From Dehalococcoidia bacterium (GTDB lineage: Bacteria > Chloroflexota > Dehalococcoidia > Plut-88900): a DNA stretch of 64,000 bases. Position numbers and translations under genes: made by a program. The notes below the pieces were generated by a model. That model was not told where the DNA came from and did not search any database. It was given only the letters and a program-made list of their open reading frames with translations. Positions 9,302 to 18,323 of the stretch are shown one piece after another; position 1 is the first letter of the stretch, and the number at the start of each line of letters is the position of its first letter. The stretch spans positions 928,001 through 992,000 of the forward strand of contig OZ240219.1 in assembly GCA_965197645.1 (NCBI GenBank), given 5' to 3'.

Positions 9302-10607
9302 GATCGGTAGACCCCTGCCCCTGGAGGGGATAAGGGTCCTGGACATGACCGTAGTCTGGGCCGGCCCCTACGCCTGCCAGATCCTGGCCGATTGGGGCGC
9401 CGAGGTGATCCGGGTCGAGTCGATCCAGGTCATAGCCCCTTCTACTCGCGGTATCGCCATGAGACCGGCCAAAGAGCACATGGAGTGGTCCCTGAATACT
9501 GGAATGGGCTACGCCGGGTGTGCCCCCGAGGAGAGGGCCTGGGACAAAGGCCCCTTCTTCAATGCCCACGCCCGCAACAAGCGCAGCATGACCATTGATC
9601 TGAGGACGCAGGATGGGTTGGATATTCTCAAGCGGGTGGTCCGGGTGTCCGATGTCTTTATCGAGAACAACGTGCCCACCACCATCGAAAAGCTGGGCGT
9701 CACCTATGAAGAGCTGTGCAAGGCACGAAGTGACTTGATCATGGTACGCATGCCCGGGTTCGGGCTGAGCGGCGCTTACAAAGACTATCGGGTTTGGGGG
9801 GCTCATGTGGAAGGTGTCGCCGGTCATAGCTGGACGAAAGGGTATCCGGATTCCGCCCCATCTGGCCGCGCCGAGGTCTACGCCAGCGACTCCGCCGCCG
9901 GATTGAGTGGCGCCCTGGCCGCCGTGATGGCCCTGCGCCACCGGGCCAGGACCGGCGAGGGGCAGCTAGTCGAGGCCTCCCTGTGCGAAAATTTCATCCC
10001 CTACCTGGGCCAGGCCGTTATGGACTACACGCTGAACGGCCGGGTTCAGAGCGCCATCGGCAACCGGCATTCCTCCATGGCGCCCCACGGCCTCTACCCC
10101 GCCAAGGGTGACGATCGATGGGTCATGATCGCCGTCGGTTCCGACGAGGAGTGGCAGGGACTTCGTCGGGCTATGGATGATCCCAAGTGGGCCGGCTTGG
10201 AGACCTTCGATACGGTGCTGGGTCGATGGAACAATCAGGAAGAGCTGGACCGGCGCCTGAGCGAATGGACCGTCACCCTGGACGCCTACGAGATCATGCA
10301 CCGCCTCCAGAACGAGGGTGTGCCCGCCGGCCCGGTGATGGACGAGGCCGACGTCCACGCCGATCCCCACGTCGAAGCACGGGGCTTTCTGCCCGAGTTG
10401 ACGGATCCGGAAGTCGGCACCCACAGGCACCCTGGGTTCCTCTGGAAGATGGCCGAGACCCCCAACCATATCCGGATGCCACCGTGTCACCTGGGTTACG
10501 GCAACGATTACGTGTACAAGGAACTGTTGGGGTACAGCGACCAGGAGTACGAAAGGCTGGAGCAAGAAGGGCACGTTGGCACCGAGCCTGCCCCCCACCT
10601 GCCCTAG
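9276..10607 (+). CDS. Family III CoA-transferase subunit with catalytic Asp
   Basis: LEGIRVLDMTVVWAGP, LADWGAEVIRVES, ARNKRSMTIDL, YASDSAAG. Confidence 0.9.
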   Translation: MRSPKTEGKIGRPLPLEGIRVLDMTVVWAGPYACQILADWGAEVIRVESIQVIAPSTRGIAMRPAKEHMEWSLNTGMGYAGCAPEERAWDKGPFFNAHARNKRSMTIDLRTQDGLDILKRVVRVSDVFIENNVPTTIEKLGVTYEELCKARSDLIMVRMPGFGLSGAYKDYRVWGAHVEGVAGHSWTKGYPDSAPSGRAEVYASDSAAGLSGALAAVMALRHRARTGEGQLVEASLCENFIPYLGQAVMDYTLNGRVQSAIGNRHSSMAPHGLYPAKGDDRWVMIAVGSDEEWQGLRRAMDDPKWAGLETFDTVLGRWNNQEELDRRLSEWTVTLDAYEIMHRLQNEGVPAGPVMDEADVHADPHVEARGFLPELTDPEVGTHRHPGFLWKMAETPNHIRMPPCHLGYGNDYVYKELLGYSDQEYERLEQEGHVGTEPAPHLP

Positions 10608-10710
10608 CAGCGAAGCTTACGGTTCGCATCTATCAGGGGAACAATCGTTACAATATGTCCCTAGCGAGGGGACGAGGGCCGGGAGTGTAGAATAGAACAG
10701 GAAGAGGTAC

Positions 10711-11934
10711 ATGGCAGCACTTACCGATAAATATTGCATAGTGGGCGTGGGCGAAACGGCCCATATGAGACCCTCTAATCGTACGACCCTCTCCATGGCC
10801 TGCGAGGCCATCAAGAACGCAATGGATGATGCCGGCCTGGGCCCCAAGGACATCGACGGCATGACCTCCTACCAGTACTACGATTCCTGCTCCTCCGCCG
10901 AAATCGCCTCCTCCTTGGGCATGCAGCTCAACTACGAGGTGGATATCATGGGCGGCGGTTCCAGCACCGAGGCCCTCTTGGCCAACACCATCGGCCTGCT
11001 GGAGGGCGGCTTCTGCAAGGCCATGGTCATATTCCGCTCGATGAACGGGCGCTCCTTCAACAGGCAGGGCGGCCAGGACCCGGGAGGCCCCGCCGTCGTG
11101 GACAACGTATCCGGCATCGCCGATTTTCCCACCACCTGGGGATTCACCACGCCGGCCCAGCATCACAGCTTGAGCTGCCTGCGGTACATGAAAGACTACG
11201 GCTTGACCAAGCGACAACTCGCCGAGGTGGCGCTGGCCCACCGCCGTCACGCCAACCTCAACCCCAAGGCCTGGTTCTACAATACACCCTTGACCATGGA
11301 CGACTACCTCAACGCACGTTGGATCTCCAAGCCCTTCGGCCTGTTCGATTGCTGCCTGGAGACCGATGTAGCCGCCGCTTTGATCGTCGTTCCCCGGGAG
11401 GTGGCCTACAATCTGAAACACCCGCCGGTGTACATCATGGGGGGTTCCGTCAGGACCAACCGGCCCAACCCGGCGTGGCCCTGGGGCGCTCCCAAGATCC
11501 ACTATGTCGGCGGGAACTACGGCCGTCACCGGCTCTTCGGCATGTCCGGGGTACACCATGATGACATCGACTTCGTCTCGGCCTACGATGCGTTCACCTT
11601 TACCAGCCTGATCCTGCTCGAGGCCTTCGGGTTCTGGGGCGAGGGTGAAGCCGGCGATTTCATCGAAGGTGGAGCGCTGCAGATCGATAACCGGCTTCCA
11701 TCCAACTTGTCGGGCAGCCACCTCTCCGAGGGCTACACCCACGGCATCTCGATGGTCATAGAAAACGTCCGGCAACTTCGGCACCGGGCCGATGATGTAT
11801 GCCCCGGCTGGCGGGAAGGAAAGCACACCTACGACCGAGATAAGGGCTGCCGTCAGGTGAAGAAATCCGACGTTGCGGCCTGCCTCGCCTGGGCCTATGA
11901 GAGCGAGAGCAGCTCCATGATTCTCCGGAGGTAA
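10711..11934 (+). CDS. Thiolase-fold protein, Ltp2/SCP2-type (probable retro-aldolase)
   Basis: IVGVGET, PFGLFDCCLETD, AYDAFT, LSEGYTHG, ENVRQLR; GGGSSTE at the position of the thiolase nucleophilic Cys. Confidence 0.82.
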   Translation: MAALTDKYCIVGVGETAHMRPSNRTTLSMACEAIKNAMDDAGLGPKDIDGMTSYQYYDSCSSAEIASSLGMQLNYEVDIMGGGSSTEALLANTIGLLEGGFCKAMVIFRSMNGRSFNRQGGQDPGGPAVVDNVSGIADFPTTWGFTTPAQHHSLSCLRYMKDYGLTKRQLAEVALAHRRHANLNPKAWFYNTPLTMDDYLNARWISKPFGLFDCCLETDVAAALIVVPREVAYNLKHPPVYIMGGSVRTNRPNPAWPWGAPKIHYVGGNYGRHRLFGMSGVHHDDIDFVSAYDAFTFTSLILLEAFGFWGEGEAGDFIEGGALQIDNRLPSNLSGSHLSEGYTHGISMVIENVRQLRHRADDVCPGWREGKHTYDRDKGCRQVKKSDVAACLAWAYESESSSMILRR

Positions 11935-11940
11935 TTCGTT

Positions 11941-12411
11941 ATGCCAGGACCCATAGACTATTCCCTGATGCAGGTGGTCCCTGACCCGGACACTCGGGAG
12001 TGGTGGGATGCCACCAGGGAAGGGAAGTTCCTCGCTAGGAGCTGCAATCAATGCGGCCACAAGTGGTTCCCGCCCTTTCCGGCCTGTGCCGAGTGCACCT
12101 CCATGGACCTGGGCTGGCACCAGATAGAGGGCAAGGGCTTCATCCACAGCTACACCGTGGTGGAGCAGCCCATCCTGACGCCCTTCATCAATACTGTGCC
12201 TTACGTGGTGGCCGTGATAGACCTGGCCGACGTCGCCAACCCCGATGGCACGCCCATCCGCGTCGTGGGGGTCTTGATGGACGACGAGGACGCCGTGGCC
12301 ATCAACAACCCCGTCGAAGTGGTCTTCGAGACCTCCCCCGATTCCGAGTACGTAATGCCCCGCTGGAGGGTCACCGGTCAGGCGGAGGACGCATGGAGGT
12401 TCCAGGGGTGA
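11941..12411 (+). CDS. DUF35/ChsH2-type Zn-ribbon plus OB-fold protein
   Basis: CNQCG..FPP..CAECTS Zn ribbon, G.IHSYTVV, PYVVAVIDL; follows the thiolase-fold gene. Confidence 0.88.
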   Translation: MPGPIDYSLMQVVPDPDTREWWDATREGKFLARSCNQCGHKWFPPFPACAECTSMDLGWHQIEGKGFIHSYTVVEQPILTPFINTVPYVVAVIDLADVANPDGTPIRVVGVLMDDEDAVAINNPVEVVFETSPDSEYVMPRWRVTGQAEDAWRFQG

Positions 12412-12593
12412 AGCTCCTTGAACTTGTCCTGGGTCGGATGGGAATCTCGTATCATTCTTTAGGAGCGTTTCGAGTCATGTAAGGCATTGTTTGCTACACA
12501 ACCTACCGTCTATCATTTGAGAGTGACAATGCCAATCGGTGTGTTTTAGCATATCCTTGCTTAGGACGCTAAGGGTACGAGTTGAGGTCAACT

Positions 12594-13310
12594 ATGGGTG
12601 AAAATGTCAGGACAGGTAGACCGCTACTAGCAGGAGTGTATCCCGTGGCTGATGCAGTGACGTTGATACATGCTACTCGTCCAGAGTTACCGCCTGATGT
12701 TCCGAACCATCGCGGACGGCTCGAATCGGCCTCTGGGCGACACATATATCGGTGGGTGAGAGATGGACTAACTGGCCGGTATCTTGAAGGCCTCAAGGGC
12801 AAAGAGGTAGCCCTTACTTTTCTAGACTTGGTTAGCTTGAGGCTGATAGCTGTATTCCGAGCATACGGAATACCGTCAAAAGATATTCGAATAGCTCATC
12901 AGAGATTGCAGTCAAGACGAGGTTGGTCGCATCCGTTCGCTATGGAGCCGATATGGGTGTCGGGACTCTACATGTACATCAAGGAGGACGATATCCCCAT
13001 TCAAATCGCTAGATGGCAACCCGCCCTCAATTTTGTAGAATTGTTCATTGGTCCGATGCATAACATGGCATTTGGAGAGGAGCAGCAGGCCGAGGCATGG
13101 GAGCCCGAGGCGGGTGTTGTGCTCAACCCCAATATCTCTTTCGGCGAGCCATGCTTGAAAGGGACTCGTATCGCTACCCAAACTCTGTGGGCATTGCACG
13201 CCGCTGGCGATTCTGCAGAGCGCATCGCGGAAGCGTACGAATTGCCGTTGGCACGAGTTGAGGTTGCTCTTGCTTGGGAACGGAAGATCGGATACAACGG
13301 GACAGCCTAA
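12594..13310 (+). CDS. DUF433-domain antitoxin (VapB45-like, N-terminal HTH)
   Basis: LTFLDLVSLR, HPFA, C-terminal DUF433 (NPNISFGEPCLKGTRIAT..AGDSAERIAEAYEL); alternative TTG start 12582; visibly lower GC. Confidence 0.8.
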   Translation: MGENVRTGRPLLAGVYPVADAVTLIHATRPELPPDVPNHRGRLESASGRHIYRWVRDGLTGRYLEGLKGKEVALTFLDLVSLRLIAVFRAYGIPSKDIRIAHQRLQSRRGWSHPFAMEPIWVSGLYMYIKEDDIPIQIARWQPALNFVELFIGPMHNMAFGEEQQAEAWEPEAGVVLNPNISFGEPCLKGTRIATQTLWALHAAGDSAERIAEAYELPLARVEVALAWERKIGYNGTA

Positions 13311-13755
13311 CGATATATTCTATTATGACGAAGGTCTTTCCCCGAAGATTGGGGAGGTGCTGAAACATGTCGGGTTTTCGCTTGAAATAGGAGAGAAGGG
13401 GAAGCGGGATGAAGAGATCATCGTTGAGATGGGCATCAAGGGTCAGACTTGGATAACTAAAGATGATAGGTCTAGAGTAGAGCATGAAGCCGCGATCTTG
13501 GAGGCAGGCATCAGCATAGTGTTTGTTCGGGGACTATCTCACGAAGGTCGCAGACGGTCTAGCCTAGGTAAGAACACGATAAACCTTAAACAATTACTAT
13601 ACCTGTTAGTAACAAAACTAGATGATATTGAGGCAGAACTTTCTCGACAGCGTAGAGCACGGTACTTCATCCTCTTTTTGCGGGGTAAGAAGGCAGAAGT
13701 CTCAAAGCATTCTACTTTGAGAGAGGTATGGCAAAAAATATCTGGCAACGTGTAA
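13258..13755 (+). CDS. PIN-like toxin (VapC45-like)
   Basis: IFYYDEGLS, RDEEII, WITKDDR..E pattern; overlaps the DUF433 gene; start uncertain (TTG 13258 or 13270). Confidence 0.7.
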   Translation: MRLLLLGNGRSDTTGQPNDIFYYDEGLSPKIGEVLKHVGFSLEIGEKGKRDEEIIVEMGIKGQTWITKDDRSRVEHEAAILEAGISIVFVRGLSHEGRRRSSLGKNTINLKQLLYLLVTKLDDIEAELSRQRRARYFILFLRGKKAEVSKHSTLREVWQKISGNV

Positions 13756-13822
13756 CTATACAGTCGGGTGATAGGTGCTTGACACTATGATTTCCCGCTA
13801 CCGGATAGATTGAAAGGACGCC

Positions 13823-14872
13823 ATGGTTACCGAGGAAGAGATCAAGCTGACCAGCTTGGCCCACTGCGCCGGCTGAGCATCCAAATTCAGCCCCGAGGAC
13901 CTGGTACAGGTCCTGAGCCAGCTCCCCACTATCAGCGACCCCAACCTGCTAGTTGGGTCCAACACCGCCGACGACTCGGCTGTTTACCGGCTGAGCGATG
14001 ACATCGCCATCGTCCAGACCGTCGATTTTTTCCCTCCCATAGTCGACGACCCCTATAATTTCGGGGCCATAGCGGCGTCCAACTCCCTCAGCGACGTCTA
14101 TGCTATGGGGGCTAGGCCCATCATCGGTCTCAACATAGTCGGATTCCCTATCAATCTGCCCAAGGAGATCCTCGGCAAGATTCTCAAGGGCGGCTCCGAC
14201 AAGATGACCGAGGCTGACGCCATAATCGTCGGTGGCCACACTATCGACGACAACGAGCCCAAGTACGGTATCTCGGTAACCGGCCTGGTCAAGCCCGGCG
14301 AGCAGGTGGCCAACGTGGGCGCCGTACCCGGGGACAAACTGGTCCTGACCAAACCCATCGGCACCGGTATCATCACCACCGCCCTCAAAGCGGGCCTGGG
14401 CGACGAAGAGATCGAAGGCCGGGCCGTTCAGATAATGGCGGCCCTCAACAAGGAGGCCTGCTACGCCATGGTGCACGTGGGGGCGAACGCCTGCACCGAT
14501 ATCACCGGCTTCGGGCTGATGGGCCACCTCGCCGAGATGACTCGCGGCAGCCGTGTCGGTGCCAAGATTCGGCTTTCCAGCGTGCCAACCATCCCCGGCC
14601 TCTGGGACCTGGCAGAGCAGGGAGTCGCGCCGGGAGGTACGGCCCGGAACCTGAAGTCCGTTCGACACGTCGTGGAGTGGGACAATGGCATCTCCGCCGA
14701 AGCACGCACCGTTCTATGCGATGCTCAGACTTCCGGCGGCCTGCTCATCTCCGTCGCTGCCGAGAAGACGGACCGGCTGATGGACGACCTTCGAGCCAGG
14801 AACGTGTCGGAGGCTGCCGTCATTGGAGAGATCATCGAAGACGACAAGGGCCGGATCCAGGTAATGCCGTGA
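13823..14872 (+). CDS. selD: Selenide, water dikinase, selenocysteine-containing (TGA at codon 18)
   Basis: ATG 13823 after GAAAGGA; MVTEEEIKLTSLAHCAG-TGA(13874-13876)-ASKFSPEDL, in frame with DDSAVY, QTVDFFPPIVDDPYNFG, SNSLSDVYAMG, GGHTIDD, TDITGFGL, DAQTSGGLL. Confidence 0.95.
13896..13914 (+). promoter_or_regulatory. Bacterial SECIS-like hairpin of selD
   Basis: Perfect stem AGGACCTG-GTA-CAGGTCCT; loop begins with G and lies 28 nt after the in-frame TGA. Confidence 0.7.
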
Positions 14873-14892
14873 TCGGCCGGTAGGATAAGCCC

Positions 14893-15291
14893 TTGTTCCA
14901 GCTGCCGAGAGAATACGCCGACGAGATCATCGCCCACGCCCGGGAGGACGCTCCCAACGAGTGCTGCGGGATTCTCCTGGGGGCCAATGGCCGGATCGAG
15001 AAGCTGTACCGGGCCAACAACCCGGAGGCCAGCCCCGTCAAGTACACCATTGACCCCGCCGATATGTTCAAGGCCTACAAAGAGGCGGAGGAGAAGGGCT
15101 GGGAGTTCCTCGCCTTTTACCACTCCCACACCTTCAGCGAGGCCTACCCCTCTCCCACAGACGTTCGCCTGGCCACCTGGCCCGACTCCCTTTACATCCT
15201 CGTCTCCCTGGCCGATAACGACAACCCCGTCATCCGCGCCTTCCACATAGTCGATGACCAGATCACAGAAGAGGAGCTGAGCATAGGCTAG
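14893..15291 (+). CDS. JAMM/MPN+ (M67, Mec-like) metalloprotease
   Basis: PNECCGIL and YHSHTFSEAYPSPTD (E..HxH-x7-S-x2-D JAMM motif); TTG start. Confidence 0.9.
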   Translation: MFQLPREYADEIIAHAREDAPNECCGILLGANGRIEKLYRANNPEASPVKYTIDPADMFKAYKEAEEKGWEFLAFYHSHTFSEAYPSPTDVRLATWPDSLYILVSLADNDNPVIRAFHIVDDQITEEELSIG

Positions 15292-15344
15292 GGGTAGCTA
15301 CCGCTTCTGCGATCTTCTTTGTCGACAAACGTGGTAATTCCCCC

Positions 15345-15425
15345 TAAGACCACCCAGCAACCTCGAAATTTGAGGGGCGTAGTCCCCCAAACACCCTACG
15401 AAGGGGCTCTGCCCCTTTGTTTTCC
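15345..15425 (+). repeat. Degenerate fragment of the GC-rich hairpin repeat module
   Basis: GGGGCGTAGTCCCC followed by AAGGGGCTCTGCCCCTT, the same double-hairpin layout as the family A and B cores. Confidence 0.4.
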
Positions 15426-15557
15426 CGGCTAAGCCAAAGCGTTTACTCGATGTCTCTAACGGTACTTGACGGGTGGCCGGTGAGCCTTCATCATTGGCTG
15501 GCCCTCGCGCCACGGACCGTGCGGATTCCCGATCAACCCCCACCCCCGGAGCATAAT

Positions 15558-17102
15558 ATGCAGCAGACCGACTATGATGCCATCGTGATAGGCGCCGGGC
15601 ACAACGGCCTGGTAACGGCCGGATACCTGGCCGCCGAAGGCCTGAAGGTTCTGGTCCTCGAAAGGCAGGATATCGTTGGTGGGGCCTGCGTAACCGAGGA
15701 GCTTCACCCCGGCTTCCACGTCCCCTATTGCTCCTACGTGTGCTACGTCCTCCAGGGCAAGGTCATCGACGACCTGCAGCTGAAGGAGCACGGCCTGGAG
15801 ATCATCCAGGAGGAGTACGGCTCATTCCATCCCTTCCCGGACGGCGAACACATCCAGTTTGGGCCACGTTGGACCAGCGAGGAGACCCACGCTGAGATTG
15901 CCAGGTTCTCGGAGCACGATGCCCAGGCCTACCCCGAGTGGGAAGCCTTCTGGGAACGGGCCTGCGGAATCGTCTATCGCTACTGGCTGCAGGAGCCCCC
16001 CACCATGGCCCAGGTCTTCGAGGACGTGCGCGGCACCAGGGACGAAGAGGTATGGGAGACGATGCTTACCGTGCCCCTGGCCGACCTCGCAGACCGTTAC
16101 TTCGAATCGGACCATGTCAAAGCCGTCAGCACCGGCGGCGACTCGGACCAACCGGGTAGCATCTGGGCCAGGGCATACTACGGCTGCGGCATGTTCAGCA
16201 AGCCGGAAAACGTTGGTATCCCCAGGGGAAGCATGGGCGGAATCACCCAGGCGATGGCAAAATCGGCCGAGGCCAGGGGTGCCGAGATACGGACCGGCGC
16301 CCTCGTGGACGAGATTCTGGTGGAGAATGGGACGACGAGAGGGGTGAGGCTCGCCGATGGGGAAGAGATTCACAGCTTCATAGTGGTCTCCAACGCCGAC
16401 CCCAAGCGCACCTATCTCAAGATGCTGGACCCGGAGCACCTGGAGGACCGGTTCCTGCGGAAGGTCGGTAATCTCTCCACCAAGACGACCGACATCAAAT
16501 TCCTGGCGGCCCTCAAGGAGCTGCCTGAATTCTCCGGCTATCTCGGTGGAGGGTACAGTCCGACACGGAGTTCCACCATGCACATCATGCCTTCCATGGA
16601 ATACGGCCAGCAGAGCTCCGCCGATGCAAGGGATGGACGCATCACCGACTGCCCTTCGATGGGGATTCAGATCCCTTCCATATACGATTCATCCCTTGCG
16701 CCCTCCGGACACCACGTTCTCTCCGCCGATTGTTTCTACTATCCCGGTGTGCTCAGGGAGGGCTCGTGGGAGGACATGGGCCAGCGAGTGGGTGAGCGGC
16801 TCATCGATACCCTTACCCAATACGCCCCCAACTTCCGAGACTCCATCATCCACTGGACGGTCCAGACGCCTCGGGACATAGAGATCCGAGAAGCCATGAC
16901 CGATGGCGCCATCCATCACCTGGATGACTCGATGCATCAGCGTAACGCCGGGCGTATGCCTTACAGGGCGCCCATCCGCCAGCTGTATCTTTGCGGATCG
17001 GGAACCCACCCCGGCGGCGAGGTCACAGGCGCACCCGGACACAACGCCGCCAAGGCCGTCCTCAAAGACCTGGAGAGGGAGGTAGTCGGCCGGCCCGTCT
17101 AG
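15558..17102 (+). CDS. Phytoene dehydrogenase-like FAD-dependent oxidoreductase
   Basis: YDAIVIGAGHNGLV..VLVLER..VGGA FAD site; VVSNADPKRT; LYLCGSGTHPGGEVTGAPGHNAA; ATG 15558 after GGAG. Confidence 0.88.
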   Translation: MQQTDYDAIVIGAGHNGLVTAGYLAAEGLKVLVLERQDIVGGACVTEELHPGFHVPYCSYVCYVLQGKVIDDLQLKEHGLEIIQEEYGSFHPFPDGEHIQFGPRWTSEETHAEIARFSEHDAQAYPEWEAFWERACGIVYRYWLQEPPTMAQVFEDVRGTRDEEVWETMLTVPLADLADRYFESDHVKAVSTGGDSDQPGSIWARAYYGCGMFSKPENVGIPRGSMGGITQAMAKSAEARGAEIRTGALVDEILVENGTTRGVRLADGEEIHSFIVVSNADPKRTYLKMLDPEHLEDRFLRKVGNLSTKTTDIKFLAALKELPEFSGYLGGGYSPTRSSTMHIMPSMEYGQQSSADARDGRITDCPSMGIQIPSIYDSSLAPSGHHVLSADCFYYPGVLREGSWEDMGQRVGERLIDTLTQYAPNFRDSIIHWTVQTPRDIEIREAMTDGAIHHLDDSMHQRNAGRMPYRAPIRQLYLCGSGTHPGGEVTGAPGHNAAKAVLKDLEREVVGRPV

Positions 17103-17161
17103 CTTGGCCGTGTCCCGCGCCTTCGGTCCCTGATTCGTGCATCTCAAGAGAGAGGTAAAAG

Positions 17162-17800
17162 GTGAAAGTATCAGCGCTTAGGCTTGTTCCCATTCTGGTC
17201 CTGATCGGAGTGGTTGTGACGGTCGGTTGCCGCCGGGGTGACGATGGGACTCCCACGGCAGTGCCCGAGGAGCCAACAGTTACCCCTACTCCCGCCGCCG
17301 CAACTGCCGAGCCAACGGCTACGCCCACTCCTGTCCCGGCGACCCCTGAGCCAACGGTTGAACCGGCTCCAGAGACAATTGGCGAAGATCGTCAAGCCCA
17401 GGTGGGGGATTCCGTAGCGGTCCACTACATCGGCACGTTGGACAACGGGGAGGAGTTCAGCAGGTCAACGGAGGAGATAGGTCCCATCGTCTTCGTGTTG
17501 GGCAGCGGGCAGGTGATACCCGGATTCGATGTCGCGATTCGCGGGCTTAAGGTGGGAGAGAGCGTCATGGTACGTCTAGAGGTGGAGGACGCCTACGGAG
17601 AATGGCAGGAGCAGCTCGTTCAGGAGTTCCCCATCCAACAGGCGCCGCCCAACATCCAGGTGGGTGAGGAGTTGCAACTCGGGGATGGACGAACGGCGAC
17701 GGTCATACAGGTCACGGAAACCACGGTAACGTTGGATGCCAACCATCCGTTGGCAGGCCAGCCCCTGAACTTCGAGATACGGCTGGTCTCGATAGAGTAG
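17162..17800 (+). CDS. FKBP-type peptidyl-prolyl isomerase (SlyD-like), lipoprotein
   Basis: Signal peptide with lipobox VTVGC, Pro/Thr linker, GDSVAVHYIGTL, GQVIPGFD, LDANHPLAGQPLNFEI. Confidence 0.9.
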   Translation: MKVSALRLVPILVLIGVVVTVGCRRGDDGTPTAVPEEPTVTPTPAAATAEPTATPTPVPATPEPTVEPAPETIGEDRQAQVGDSVAVHYIGTLDNGEEFSRSTEEIGPIVFVLGSGQVIPGFDVAIRGLKVGESVMVRLEVEDAYGEWQEQLVQEFPIQQAPPNIQVGEELQLGDGRTATVIQVTETTVTLDANHPLAGQPLNFEIRLVSIE

Positions 17801-17891
17801 GCGCGCCGCCCTACCTGTTTGGGCAACACCACAGACCGCGGAGACGCCGGTTCCAAGCGTCAATAGCCGGCATCGGATGCTTTGAAGAGAG

Positions 17892-18275
17892 CTACTGCTC
17901 CTCTTTGTCCAGGTCCAGCGCCGCGGAGTTCAGGCAGTACCGAAGCCCGGTGGGCTGGGGCCCATCGGGGAACAGGTGGCCAAGGTGAGCGCCGCACTTG
18001 GAGCAGTTCACCTCGGTCCGTACCATCCCGAACGAAGAGTCGGTCTCCGTATCTATCCTGTCTTCGTCAATCGGCTCCCAGAAGCTGGGCCAGCCAGTGC
18101 CCGAGTTGTACTTCGTCGTCGATGAGAACAGTGGGGTGTCACAGCAGACGCAGCGGTAGGTCCCCTGGTCCTTGGAGTCCCAGTAGATCCCCGTGAAGGG
18201 CGGCTCGGTGCCCTTTTGCTGGGTAACGTAGTACTGCTCTTCGGTTAGCTTGGACCTGTGTACCTGCTCTTTCAT
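17892..18275 (-). CDS. msrB: Peptide-methionine (R)-S-oxide reductase
   Basis: [47 protein letters not shown]. Confidence 0.96.
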   Translation of the reverse strand: MKEQVHRSKLTEEQYYVTQQKGTEPPFTGIYWDSKDQGTYRCVCCDTPLFSSTTKYNSGTGWPSFWEPIDEDRIDTETDSSFGMVRTEVNCSKCGAHLGHLFPDGPQPTGLRYCLNSAALDLDKEEQ

Positions 18276-18323
18276 AAGACACCTCTCCAGGTCTGAAGTG
18301 CAAGACAGTCAGATTCGGGGGGA

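Noticed and set aside
14105-14872. selD as a truncated 255-aa gene or pseudogene
   Set aside because: The upstream frame is intact apart from one TGA at the catalytic position, with a SECIS-like hairpin
15558-17102. Calling this gene crtI (carotenoid synthesis)
   Set aside because: No crtB or crtE neighbours; the family is broad and the substrate cannot be read from sequence
17892-18275. msrB as a second selenoprotein
   Set aside because: The catalytic position is a normal Cys (RYCLNS) with no in-frame TGA
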